A DNA stretch of 45,642 nt, from positions 1 through 45,642 of the forward strand of contig CAZIZX010000001.1 in NCBI GenBank assembly GCA_964544275.1, read 5' to 3'. The position numbers and the translations under genes are program-made. This document shows positions 1-8,918 of this stretch, piece after piece. Origin of the DNA: an uncultured Gammaproteobacteria bacterium (GTDB lineage: Bacteria > Patescibacteriota > Microgenomatia > UBA12405). The notes beneath the pieces are model-generated. The model did not search any database. It saw only the letters and a program-made list of their open reading frames with translations, and had not been told where the DNA came from. Every line of letters begins with the position of its first letter. The first letter of the stretch is position 1.

Positions 1-163
1 TTGTCGGCAATTTGTAATAGTCGGGTAAGAATCGATATTGATCTTCTACAACCTTCGCTCTTTTCTCGCTCTTACAAACGTAGTATAATTAAATACTTGA
101 ATTGCCCTTTTCCTTAATCTAAAATCTTAACTCGTCGCTCATTGACAAAAAATTTGCCAAACG

Positions 164-619
164 AAAGCAAAGAGTCTTAAGGTGTGAAACCTCTTTAAAA
201 ATGCAAAGAGTTTTTTCACATTTTAACCATCTCTTTGCTTTTGGTGGTTGTTTTTTGGGACCCAATCGAAATAAAATTTTCAGTTTTATTTTGTCTGGGT
301 CCCAAAAAAAGTGAAACAACTATACCCAAAGCCCCACATTTTAAATTCGCCTGGGGGAGTCTTCGGGACGAACTTTGTCCAAGAAGACAAGGCGCGGGAG
401 TCAACCGGAGAGGGCTTGCTGAGACAGCATGCCGGTTTGACTCCCGGGGGACCACTTCAGAAAGCATATACGGGGGCTCGCCTGGAAATCAGACAACGTT
501 GTCGATTGACACGTGAGCCCCAACCCCCTTTTCCGACTTTTCCTCTTTCGCCCACCCCCCTCCTTTTCTCCTTTTTCAAATTTTTTCTACCCCACTCTTT
601 CTCTCAACCACCAAAAGCA
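164..619 (+). ncRNA. candidate structured non-coding RNA / leader of unknown family
   Basis: Hairpins 164-241 (aaagcaaagag/ctctttgcttt), 251-309 (14-bp ttttttgggaccca/tgggtcccaaaaaa), 359-388, 395-446 (10-bp cgggagtcaa/ttgactcccg) and 473-521. Perfect 15-bp IR at 236-250/605-619. G.U wobbles fall on the + strand. ORFs over it are not credible proteins. Confidence 0.5.
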
Positions 620-663
620 TTCCATCTTCTAATATTTTTATATCTTTCCATTTACTTAACTAT

Positions 664-1272
664 ATGATTACCGAAGTAATATTTGATATCGAAACCAAAA
701 AACTCTTTGAAGAAATCAGCACTAATGACCCAGCCGATCTTGGAGTTTCACTAGTCTCCCTTTACAAGCGCACCATAGACGATAATTTCAATGAAATTTC
801 AGGCCAAATTTACAGTTTCTTTGAGTCCGACTTCAATTCTATGTGGCCTCATTTTTCCAACGCCGATCGCCTTATTGGCTTTAATTCTCTCAAGTTTGAC
901 AATCTGGCTTTAGCTTCGCTTTGTCCCTTTAACTTCAAAAAACTCAATCACTTCGACATTCTGGACAAAATTAAATCTGCTATTGGTTTCCGTCTAAGCC
1001 TTAATGTCATTGCCCAGTCAACCTTGGGACACACCAAAAGCGACAACGGTATAAACGCGGTGCTATATTACCAGCAGAATACCGCCGAAAGTTTAGAGAA
1101 ATTGAAAAAATATTGCGAAATGGATGTCATGGTCACCCGTGATGTTTATGACTTTGGTCTAAAAAATGGTTTTCTCAAATACACCGACAAGTGGAACACT
1201 CCGCGTACCCTGGAAATAAACTTCTCCTATCCCAAAGCCAACAAAGACGAACAGCAAATTTCTCTGTTTTGA
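664..1272 (+). CDS. ribonuclease H-like (RNase_H_2/YprB-type DEDD) exonuclease domain protein
   Basis: N-terminal VIFDIETK, LIGFNSLKFD, HFDIL and YCEMDV acidic motifs of the DEDD/RNase H-like fold. Confidence 0.8.
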   Translation: MITEVIFDIETKKLFEEISTNDPADLGVSLVSLYKRTIDDNFNEISGQIYSFFESDFNSMWPHFSNADRLIGFNSLKFDNLALASLCPFNFKKLNHFDILDKIKSAIGFRLSLNVIAQSTLGHTKSDNGINAVLYYQQNTAESLEKLKKYCEMDVMVTRDVYDFGLKNGFLKYTDKWNTPRTLEINFSYPKANKDEQQISLF

Positions 1273-1323
1273 TTTTATTAGGTCTTTGTTGAAAATGCCC
1301 CTCTTTCTTAAGATAATAATTAT

Positions 1324-2187
1324 ATGGAACAAATAACATATCCCTCATTCAGGCAATTAGTAGCCAAAACTTTTTCCATATTCTCTCAAAACTGGAAGAG
1401 GCTTGTCGGTATCGCCTTTATCCCCACGATTCTTACAGCCATTACGTTTTTAGCTCTTTCTTTCTTTCTCGCCGCTAATGTCTTTTCGCAACTTCTTGCT
1501 CGAAATTATACTTTTTTATTGATAGGCATTCCGGTCACCATATTTTTTCTGATTGCCCTTTCTATTTTCAATTTCTGGTCTCAATCAGCTTTGTTCTATG
1601 CTGTTGTCAACATTAAGAAAGAATTTAGCGTTCGCCAAGCCTATAGTCGATCTTGGAGTTACGTTGGTCGATTTTTACAGCTCAGCCTTCTTATTGGCCT
1701 GATGACCTTGGGCGGTCTACCCTTATTTTTAATCCCAGGTTTATTAGTTATGTTTTATTCCTCCCTTGCCTTTTTAGTATTTTTTTCTGAAGACCTATCT
1801 GGTTGGGATGCCATCTATAGAAGCCAGTTCTATATCAGAAGTAACGCCAAACAATTTTTTGTTAGAATAATTATCTGGTTGCTTCTGTTGGTTCTGACAT
1901 CAGGCTTAGTCGATTCATTTTTTAACAATGTCAACAGTCCTTTTATCGAATCTTCTGTTCGTTTTGTCTACAATCTGGTGACCGGCTCTCTGAGCATAAT
2001 ATTTTTATTTCTTAATTATCAACATCTCAAGTTAATCTCACCCGACGTCATCCCCTCGTCCTATAATCACCAAAAAGCATTCTATACCATTCTTGCAATT
2101 TTACCCCTCGTTTATCTGGTCCTAGCACTGGCGGCAAGCTTTCTTTTTCAAAAGTCTCTTATCAACAACAACGGTCTGGTTTATTAA
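1324..2187 (+). CDS. multi-pass membrane protein (GDPD membrane-domain-like, CPR-common)
   Basis: About 6 hydrophobic segments; LIPGLLVMFYSSLAFLVF...GWDAIYRS pattern. Confidence 0.6.
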   Translation: MEQITYPSFRQLVAKTFSIFSQNWKRLVGIAFIPTILTAITFLALSFFLAANVFSQLLARNYTFLLIGIPVTIFFLIALSIFNFWSQSALFYAVVNIKKEFSVRQAYSRSWSYVGRFLQLSLLIGLMTLGGLPLFLIPGLLVMFYSSLAFLVFFSEDLSGWDAIYRSQFYIRSNAKQFFVRIIIWLLLLVLTSGLVDSFFNNVNSPFIESSVRFVYNLVTGSLSIIFLFLNYQHLKLISPDVIPSSYNHQKAFYTILAILPLVYLVLALAASFLFQKSLINNNGLVY

Positions 2188-2205
2188 AAATAATCCAAAA
2201 GTTTT

Positions 2206-3597
2206 TTATACACCCTGCTTTAAAGTCATAAAACAAAACAGGCAGAAAAATCCAATTTCCGCCAACATCATGCCTACTCTCAAGGCCGATGGTCGCAATT
2301 TTCTATCCAAATTTGTCAAATTAAGATACAAAACCGCCGCAGAATAAATCAACATAGATACTGCGTTCAGTGCCGCTCCAATTACCACCAGCCTCAACGG
2401 TTGTTCAAACCCAATAGCCACAATTCCAACACCCAAAGCAATCAGAACCCACAAAAAAACATAATAATAAATAGCCAAATTCTTAATTTTAAATCTTTTC
2501 TGATCCATAATTACCAGGTTTTCAGACATAATTCTTGAGGTGGCATCCATCACCGAAAGTTGAGTAGAAAAGAGCATCAAGCTGGAAAGCACTAGGAAAA
2601 TAATTCCAAAAAAAGGTAGGGTCCTGATACCAATTATTTTCGCTTCTTCGAACAAAAATCCAATTCCCTCCACCCCTCCGGTATTCAAGTGGACAGTCGA
2701 AAACGACAGCAAGCTCAAAAGCATTATTGTTATCGCTCCAGTCACCCAAAACACTAACGCGTGTTCTTGGTTAATGATCCTCCACCAGTCATTAAACCTT
2801 TTTAGGTTCTCTCTGGTCAAGGAAAAGGTCTTCCCCGTCAAAGTCATATGCTCTTTCTTTCCGGTCAATATGCTTGTTATTTTGCCTCCATATTTACCCA
2901 TGCCGTAACCCTTCTCTTTGATATAAAAAGATTGCGCCAAATTCAAATTTCCTCCTGCCCCAGAATAGGCAAAAGCCCCCAAAAAGCCCAAAAGCGACAT
3001 GCCTTCAGGGAAAAACCAATAACCATCACCTCGACCTATTATTCCCCAAGCTAAACTTTGCCAATCATTGAAGTCAGCCAATATCACAGCCAGCAAGAAA
3101 ATTATGGGCACTCCGATTAATATTAAGTTTCTTTGAAACCACTCCTGCGTTTTGTAAATTACCGGGCCCAAAGTCAAAATAACGCCAATCAACAATAGTA
3201 ACAATATCGCCAATACTTTACTGTCTAACCCTCCGAAAGTAGTTACCAATATCACCGCACAGGATAAAATTATTCCCGGCCACATCCACGGTATTAGAGT
3301 CGATAAAATAAACCAAATAGGGGACAAACGGCCAAACTTCCTAGATAATCCAACAAAAATACTTTCCCCTTTAATTAGAGTATATCTTTCAATTTCCATA
3401 TTAAGAAAAAATTGAAAACTTATCCCCAAAACCGCCCCCCAGATAATTCCCAGACCATAATTGGCGCTCATGTAAGGCCACAAAATCAGTTCTCCACTGC
3501 CCAAACCCAAACCCAGCAAAATAAAACTGGGCCCCAGAATATTTTTAAGTTTAAGTGCCTTTGGCATTTTTGCCCTGCCGACCCTTGCTAGTTTCAT
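2206..3597 (-). CDS. Nramp-family (YcsG-like) divalent metal transporter
   Basis: GPSFILLGLGLGSGELILWP N-terminal motif, ~11 TM segments, 463 aa. Confidence 0.75.
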   Translation of the reverse strand: MKLARVGRAKMPKALKLKNILGPSFILLGLGLGSGELILWPYMSANYGLGIIWGAVLGISFQFFLNMEIERYTLIKGESIFVGLSRKFGRLSPIWFILSTLIPWMWPGIILSCAVILVTTFGGLDSKVLAILLLLLIGVILTLGPVIYKTQEWFQRNLILIGVPIIFLLAVILADFNDWQSLAWGIIGRGDGYWFFPEGMSLLGFLGAFAYSGAGGNLNLAQSFYIKEKGYGMGKYGGKITSILTGKKEHMTLTGKTFSLTRENLKRFNDWWRIINQEHALVFWVTGAITIMLLSLLSFSTVHLNTGGVEGIGFLFEEAKIIGIRTLPFFGIIFLVLSSLMLFSTQLSVMDATSRIMSENLVIMDQKRFKIKNLAIYYYVFLWVLIALGVGIVAIGFEQPLRLVVIGAALNAVSMLIYSAAVLYLNLTNLDRKLRPSALRVGMMLAEIGFFCLFCFMTLKQGV

Positions 3598-3668
3598 TAA
3601 AAAATTCTAACAAAAAGCCCACCATTTAGGGTCAGAGTAATATTTTCAGTTTTCCGATACAATAAATC

Positions 3669-4988
3669 ATGCCTTTGATAATTGTTTTCTTGGCCTTTAT
3701 TTTTCGTTTAATATCAATTAATCAATCCCTTTGGCTTGACGAGGCCATTTCTCTGAGAGTGGTTTCTCAATTTTCGTTTTCTGGAATCATAAAAAGTTTT
3801 TCTCCTCTCGATTTCCATCCTCCAAACTATTACCTCCTCCTCAAGCTTTGGACCGGTATCTTTACGGACACTGTTATCTCCGCCAGAGTACTTTCCGTTA
3901 TTTTTTCCCTTGCTGCCGGAATATACCTATATCATCTAGTCAAAAACCTTCTCGATTCAAAAGCCGCCGTCTGGTCACTCTCTCTTTTCCTTTTCAATCC
4001 TCTCATTCTGTACTACTCCCAGGAGGTACGGATGTATTCTTTGCTTGTGTTTTTACTTTTGGCTGTCACCTACTATTTTTTCCAGATTATCCAAACCCCC
4101 ACCCGAAGATCAACCTTTATTTTATTTAACATATTTACCTTTTTGTCATTTCTGACCTTTTATGGTTCAGTATTTCTTATTATTACCTTTATTGCTTACA
4201 GTTTGATAAATCCCAAGTTGCGGCCTCATTTTTATCTGTTGACTCCGGGGATTATCATCGCCCTTATAACTATTTCTCCTCTCCTTTTTACCCAGTATCA
4301 GCACTCTTCGTTTGTACTCAATAATGTCCAAAATTGGTCTCTCAGCTTAGGTCGGGTGACTTTCAAAAATCTCCTTTTAATTCCCATTAAATTCGTTACC
4401 GGACGTGTTTCGTTTTATCCCAAAATTCTTTATTATATAACCGCATTTTTATCGGTAGTTATAACCTGTTTATCTTCTGCCAAAGGCTTTCAGAAAAACA
4501 GACTCCTCCTGTTTTTATTTTTCACACCTCTTGTCATCGCCACCATTTTTTCCTTTTTTTCTCCCATGCTCCAATATTTTCGCTTCTTATATTTAATCCC
4601 GTTTATCTGTATTGCCCTAAGTTACCAAAAAAAATATTTTATACTTCCCATTTTTCTAATATTTGTGGCCTTCTCTCTTTTCTATCTTTTCGACAGCAAC
4701 CAGCATCGTGAGGGTTGGAAGAATTTGTCTCAGGATCTTAATTCTCAGTATCCTGTTTTTATGGTCTCTTCTTTTGCCGACCCGATTTTGTACTACCGTC
4801 CTCAAACTCAAATTATTGGGTATGACCAAGAAACCCGACTTCCGGCCACTGGGTTTATTACGGTTGTCCCTTATGGTGAAGATATTCATGGCCTCGATCA
4901 TACCTCGATACTTTCCCGATTAGGTTTTAGCCAAGTTAATACAATAAACTACCACCAGATAAGCGCTGAAGTTTGGCAGAAAAACTAG
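3669..4988 (+). CDS. GT-C fold (PMT_2/ArnT-like) polyprenyl-phosphate-sugar-dependent glycosyltransferase
   Basis: SLWLDEA after TM1, DFHPPNYY, YYSQEVRMY; many TMs plus C-terminal soluble domain. Confidence 0.8.
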   Translation: MPLIIVFLAFIFRLISINQSLWLDEAISLRVVSQFSFSGIIKSFSPLDFHPPNYYLLLKLWTGIFTDTVISARVLSVIFSLAAGIYLYHLVKNLLDSKAAVWSLSLFLFNPLILYYSQEVRMYSLLVFLLLAVTYYFFQIIQTPTRRSTFILFNIFTFLSFLTFYGSVFLIITFIAYSLINPKLRPHFYLLTPGIIIALITISPLLFTQYQHSSFVLNNVQNWSLSLGRVTFKNLLLIPIKFVTGRVSFYPKILYYITAFLSVVITCLSSAKGFQKNRLLLFLFFTPLVIATIFSFFSPMLQYFRFLYLIPFICIALSYQKKYFILPIFLIFVAFSLFYLFDSNQHREGWKNLSQDLNSQYPVFMVSSFADPILYYRPQTQIIGYDQETRLPATGFITVVPYGEDIHGLDHTSILSRLGFSQVNTINYHQISAEVWQKN

Positions 4989-5074
4989 CTTCTTACCATA
5001 TTATTACCGCATTCTTCTCAGAGTTTCATTGCCAGTTACTAAATTTACCTTATATTAATTATTAACCAGACTAA

Positions 5075-5212
5075 ATGGCCCAAGTTATCATCTTAACCCA
5101 CAATTCGCGAGCCCAAAAAGATGTCAATTACTATCACCGGCAAGGATTGAAAATCAAAAAGTTAGCCGCCAAAAACTTTTCTAAAACATTCCAAAAAACA
5201 AGCTGCACTTAA
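5075..5212 (+). CDS. possible 45-aa basic small protein (MAQVIILTHNSRAQKDVNYYHRQGLKIKKLAAKNFSKTFQKTSCT)
   Basis: ATG-TAA ORF read by hand; fills the gap and ends inside the palindrome shared with the convergent gene; no family recognised. Confidence 0.25.
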   Translation: MAQVIILTHNSRAQKDVNYYHRQGLKIKKLAAKNFSKTFQKTSCT

Positions 5213-5223
5213 GTGCAGCTTGT
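5198..5223. terminator. perfect 26-bp palindrome, probable bidirectional terminator between convergent ORFs
   Basis: acaagctgcacttaagtgcagcttgt is its own reverse complement; preceded by an A-run on + (U-tract on - strand). Confidence 0.5.
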
Positions 5224-5250
5224 GATTCATGGTGTAGGTACTGCTAACAC

Positions 5251-5496
5251 TCACTTGATTGCTCTACCTACGGCTATAAGTATCACGGCTCCCAGTGTGG
5301 CAACTAATATACTAGTAATATTAAATCCGGTAACTCCTCCAAATCCCAGCAAATTCATCACCAAACCTCCCACTACCGCACCCACAATACCCAGCACTAT
5401 GTCCAATATCGGACCCTGTTGTGCATTCGTCTTCATGATTACCGAAGCCAACCATCCGGCTATTAGGCCCAGTAAAATCCAAAGTAATAGGTTCAT
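5251..5496 (-). CDS. GlsB/YeaQ/YmgE family (transglycosylase-associated) stress membrane protein
   Basis: WILLGLIAGWLAS...DIVLGIVGAVVGG...SILVATLGAVIL signature; strong SD AGGAGGTGA upstream. Confidence 0.92.
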   Translation of the reverse strand: MNLLLWILLGLIAGWLASVIMKTNAQQGPILDIVLGIVGAVVGGLVMNLLGFGGVTGFNITSILVATLGAVILIAVGRAIK

Positions 5497-5640
5497 CTTT
5501 GTTGCTCACCTCCTTTAGTCTTGAAACTTTATTAACCAAATGTTAATTGCCAAGCATAAGATGGCAATCAAAAAAGAGTAAGAGCTGTGTAATAAAGCCT
5601 AAATTTCCTTCTTTTTTACAATTCTGTTAGAATAGAACAT

Positions 5641-6573
5641 ATGCTTGTTCCCGCAACACATCCGCTAATTTTAATAAATAGAAGAGGACTGGTACTAACC
5701 TGGAACAAAGCAGCCAAAAAACTGATCAAAAACATTTCAACCAATAATTCGATAATCAAACTATATCAATTTAACACGCCAGAACAGCAAAAATTAACCG
5801 CCTTTTTCAATGACAAATCTTTAGATTCTATTTCTTTAAAAACTAAAAACCAAATAGTTTTATATCAAAAGCAAGATATTTTTTCTGACGGCACCGTCCT
5901 GCTAAAAATATCTCTTTTCCCGACTGAGGTTGACCTGCCCTTTGAACCATTCATTCAATTTGTTAGTCACGAGTTTAAATCTCCGCTGACAACCATAAAA
6001 CTATTTGCCGATTTGCTCTCCGTCAACATAAGCAAGCTGAATATTTCAGATCCAAAGATTTTTCATCACCTATCAAAAATTGATTCCAAAATTGATTTTG
6101 CTGTTTCCCAAATCAATGATTATGCGGACTTAGTTCGTCTCGACCAAAATATTCTTAAAATGAATTATTCTAGTCAACCGCTAAAATTATTAATAAACCA
6201 AGCCGTCAAAGAAATAGAGAACCCCCAAACAACCGTAAAGATTGACAAACTACCGCCAATCAACGTCTTTGTCGATGCTTCTCGTTTTATTCAAGCATTG
6301 ATAAATTTTGTCAATTATATCTCTCAAAAGTCCTCCTCAAATACTTTCAAAATAAGCTGCAATACACTTCCAGAGTCTATCAGCCTGCTGATTTATTCTG
6401 GCAATACAAAAATCTTAAATCACAAAAAATTTATTTCCCGTCCCTCGCTTCGCCCCGGCATTAGTTTAATCCTTTCCCAGAAACTCATGGATAGCTTTGC
6501 CGCCCGAGTCGAATACCTTGAATTTAATCATAGCCAATTTATTGTCAAGATAACCTTGCCAACTAGCAATTAA
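5641..6573 (+). CDS. cytoplasmic sensor histidine kinase-like protein (PAS-like + HisKA + degenerate HATPase)
   Basis: H-box FVSHEFKSPLTTIK; DASRFIQALINF N-box remnant; DxGxG and GxGLGL boxes not recognisable. Confidence 0.7.
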   Translation: MLVPATHPLILINRRGLVLTWNKAAKKLIKNISTNNSIIKLYQFNTPEQQKLTAFFNDKSLDSISLKTKNQIVLYQKQDIFSDGTVLLKISLFPTEVDLPFEPFIQFVSHEFKSPLTTIKLFADLLSVNISKLNISDPKIFHHLSKIDSKIDFAVSQINDYADLVRLDQNILKMNYSSQPLKLLINQAVKEIENPQTTVKIDKLPPINVFVDASRFIQALINFVNYISQKSSSNTFKISCNTLPESISLLIYSGNTKILNHKKFISRPSLRPGISLILSQKLMDSFAARVEYLEFNHSQFIVKITLPTSN

Positions 6574-6662
6574 AACCTAGTTTCTTACCTTCTTCTTGCA
6601 ATTTTCATACCTCATTATCTTAAGAAAACAGGATAAACATACTGTTACTGATTAACAAGATA

Positions 6663-7025
6663 ATGTATCAACCTAAAGTTCTAATTCTGGACGATGATAG
6701 TGATTTCCTCGAAGGGATGAGTTCGATACTCGAAGATGCTGGCTGTAATTACATTGCCACCTCCGATAGCAACACCATCCAGCAAAAGATTAGAAGCTAT
6801 CAACCCAACTTAATAATTCTCGATGTTTTTTTGAAGGACGACGAAAACGGTATCAATATTGCTCAACTGCTAAAAGACGCCAAAGACACCCACCAAATCC
6901 CCATTCTTATGGTTTCCGGATATGATCACGCCAAAGAGTACACCAAAGGTCTAACAGTAGACGCTTATATGAGCAAACCCTTTTCGTCTCAGGAATTAGT
7001 TCAAAGGATTTACCAGCTCATTTAA
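6663..7025 (+). CDS. single-domain response regulator receiver (CheY-like)
   Basis: LILDDD, LIILDVFL (phospho-Asp), LMVSG, SKPF. Confidence 0.9.
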   Translation: MYQPKVLILDDDSDFLEGMSSILEDAGCNYIATSDSNTIQQKIRSYQPNLIILDVFLKDDENGINIAQLLKDAKDTHQIPILMVSGYDHAKEYTKGLTVDAYMSKPFSSQELVQRIYQLI

Positions 7026-7034
7026 GCCGGTAAA

Positions 7035-7706
7035 TTAGTCTTTAATCGTGTATCCAAACCCACGTACCGATTGAATTAATTTCTTTTTGTAACCGTTATC
7101 CACTTTTTTCCTCAAATATCCAACATAAACATCTACCACCCGGCTTTCGATATCCGGTGAATATAACCATATCCTGTTCAAAATATTTTCTCGGGTTAAC
7201 ACCTTGCCCTTACTGGCCATCAAATACTGCAACAAATCAAATTCAGTTTTTGTCAGCTTAATTTGCCTACCGCTTCTTTCCACCATCATGGCGTCCCCGT
7301 CTAATACCAGATCATCAACTTGCAGCAATCCACCATCACCCTCCCTGTTTCTCAACTGGACCTTTATCCTTGCCAAGAGTTCATCTCCCACAAAAGGTTT
7401 TAGAATATAATCATCAGCTCCCAAATTTAATCCCGACACCACATCGCTGGTACTATGTCTGGCAGTCAAAATTACAATCGGCAGATCGGAATAATCCTTC
7501 TTAATACTGGTACACACCGACTTGCCGTCTATATCAGGCAGTCCCAAATCTAATATCACCAAATCAGGCCTTGTCTTTTTAATGTAATTTAAAGCTGACG
7601 CTCCGTCACTCACCATATCCACCGTATAATCGTTATCCATCAACAGCTCTTTTAAATACTCTCTAAGATCTTTGTCGTCTTCAACTACCAAAATCTTTTT
7701 AAGCAT
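7035..7706 (-). CDS. OmpR/PhoB-family DNA-binding response regulator
   Basis: LVVEDD, LVILDLGLP, ILTAR, GADDYILKPF, LTKTEFDLL, VDVYVGYLRKK, SVRGFGY. Confidence 0.95.
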   Translation of the reverse strand: MLKKILVVEDDKDLREYLKELLMDNDYTVDMVSDGASALNYIKKTRPDLVILDLGLPDIDGKSVCTSIKKDYSDLPIVILTARHSTSDVVSGLNLGADDYILKPFVGDELLARIKVQLRNREGDGGLLQVDDLVLDGDAMMVERSGRQIKLTKTEFDLLQYLMASKGKVLTRENILNRIWLYSPDIESRVVDVYVGYLRKKVDNGYKKKLIQSVRGFGYTIKD

Positions 7707-7800
7707 ATATCCTAATTATACTCTCAAAGCTAGACTCTTACAATTCACATATCCAAAATTCACAAATTTCTATCACAAAAAATATGATATCCTTTATTAA

Positions 7801-8703
7801 ATGATTGCCTGGATCAAAAGAAACTGGCTTGTTATAATTCTTATTCTCATTATCGTCCTTAATTATATTAATAGAAATTTCTTTGGGATTAATTTACTCA
7901 GCACTGGAAGTTTTTCCCCATCCTACAACAGTCTTTATGATAGTCGCTCATCTACAGAAAGCCTTTCTCTTGCCCCATCTACTGGTAGCCTGGGTGCGCG
8001 CCTTCCCTATAACCAAGTGCCTCCCACTGACAGTCCCGACCGGATAGTTATTCAAGACACCAGTTTATCCCTTGTAGTCAAGGATGTCTCTAAGGCCATA
8101 TCTGAAATTGAAACTGCTACCCAAAATCTTGGTGGCTTTCTTGTCAACTCTCATCTGTCCAGGCCCGAACAATCTGCCAGTGGTAACATTGTTGTTCGTA
8201 TCCCTCAAGCCCGCATTAGCGAGGCCCTGGACACTTTCAAGGGCTATGCCGTCAAAGTTGTCTCCGAATCAGTTAACGGCACAGACGTTACCGATCAGTA
8301 TGTCGACATGGAAGCTAGACTTGAAGTCCTGAATAAAACCAAAGCCAAATTTGAAGACATCATGGATCAGGCTACCACCGTCAACGATCTTCTTACCGTC
8401 CAACGCGAACTTACCAACCTTCAATCCCAAATTGACAATCTCAAAGGCCAGCAAAAATATTTAGAGCAATCTGCTAACCTTAGCCGAATCACTGTCTATT
8501 TATCCACTGATGAACTATCACTGCCTTACACGCCCGACAAATCCTGGAGACCGGCAGTCATCTTCAAAACTGCCGTCAGATCCTTAGTTGGAACCTTTAG
8601 AAGTCTTGGTTCTGCTGTCATCTGGCTTTTTGTCTACACCCCTGTTTTAATTCCGATTCTGGCAATTGTCTGGTTTGTCAAAAGAAGAAAAAAGTCTAAC
8701 TGA
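7801..8703 (+). CDS. DUF4349 domain membrane protein
   Basis: N-terminal TM; IQDTSLSLVV...IVVRIP...DVTDQYVDMEARL...IDNLKGQQKYL; C-terminal TM + KRRKK. Confidence 0.88.
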   Translation: MIAWIKRNWLVIILILIIVLNYINRNFFGINLLSTGSFSPSYNSLYDSRSSTESLSLAPSTGSLGARLPYNQVPPTDSPDRIVIQDTSLSLVVKDVSKAISEIETATQNLGGFLVNSHLSRPEQSASGNIVVRIPQARISEALDTFKGYAVKVVSESVNGTDVTDQYVDMEARLEVLNKTKAKFEDIMDQATTVNDLLTVQRELTNLQSQIDNLKGQQKYLEQSANLSRITVYLSTDELSLPYTPDKSWRPAVIFKTAVRSLVGTFRSLGSAVIWLFVYTPVLIPILAIVWFVKRRKKSN

Positions 8704-8839
8704 TTCGGATAATTCCCAGTCCCAATAGCCCGGTTATTATCAAATATAAAGCCACCAATTTTGATAACAATTTTGGATTTATTAGAATCAAAATCCCGAA
8801 CACCAAGGAAATCATTGGACTTATATTTCTCAAAATCAT
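8696..8839 (-). CDS. DUF3096-family small membrane protein (47 aa; absent from the supplied ORF track)
   Basis: Hand translation MILRNISPMISLVFGILILINPKLLSKLVALYLIITGLLGLGIIRIS* matches the SL..GILIL..P.LL...VA.YLI..GLLGL pattern. Confidence 0.75.
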   Translation of the reverse strand: MILRNISPMISLVFGILILINPKLLSKLVALYLIITGLLGLGIIRIS

Positions 8840-8918
8840 ATATTAATTTTAACCACATTACGCTTGACATGTCGACAGTTTCTTCGTATTCTAATAGAAA
8901 CCCAAATAAAACCCAAAC

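Noticed and set aside
1-117. Open + frame at the window start (LSAICNSRVRID...CPFP*)
   Set aside because: Too short and truncated to judge; no recognisable motif, and it overlaps a TATAAT at 84-89.
409-458. TPP (gctgaga) or c-di-AMP/ydaO (cgggggacc) riboswitch cores
   Set aside because: Only short isolated matches; the remaining conserved elements are absent.
431-521. tRNA/tmRNA-like fragments (ggtttgactcc...gacca; ggggctc...atcgac on the - strand)
   Set aside because: No complementary acceptor stem, T-arm geometry is wrong, and no tag ORF or CCA end lies at the proper distance.
15-545. RNase P RNA on the - strand (gaggaaaagtcgg resembles GAGGAAAGUCC)
   Set aside because: CR-II/III/V motifs and P2/P3 pairing are not found, the motif sits in a skew-driven purine tract, and G.U pairs favour the + strand.
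236-619. Retron msr-msd (a1/a2 IRs) or MITE
   Set aside because: No reverse transcriptase or transposase in the window and no clear target-site duplication; kept only as an unknown structured element.
119-667. Short ORFs 119-319, 216-467, 235-516, 311-667
   Set aside because: They overlap the hairpin region, have biased composition and no recognisable motifs; probably spurious.
7742-7777. Repeated (a)ttcaca/atcaca in the OmpR-DUF4349 divergent promoter
   Set aside because: Spacing is irregular (15 and 13 nt) in AT-rich DNA; too weak to call a site.
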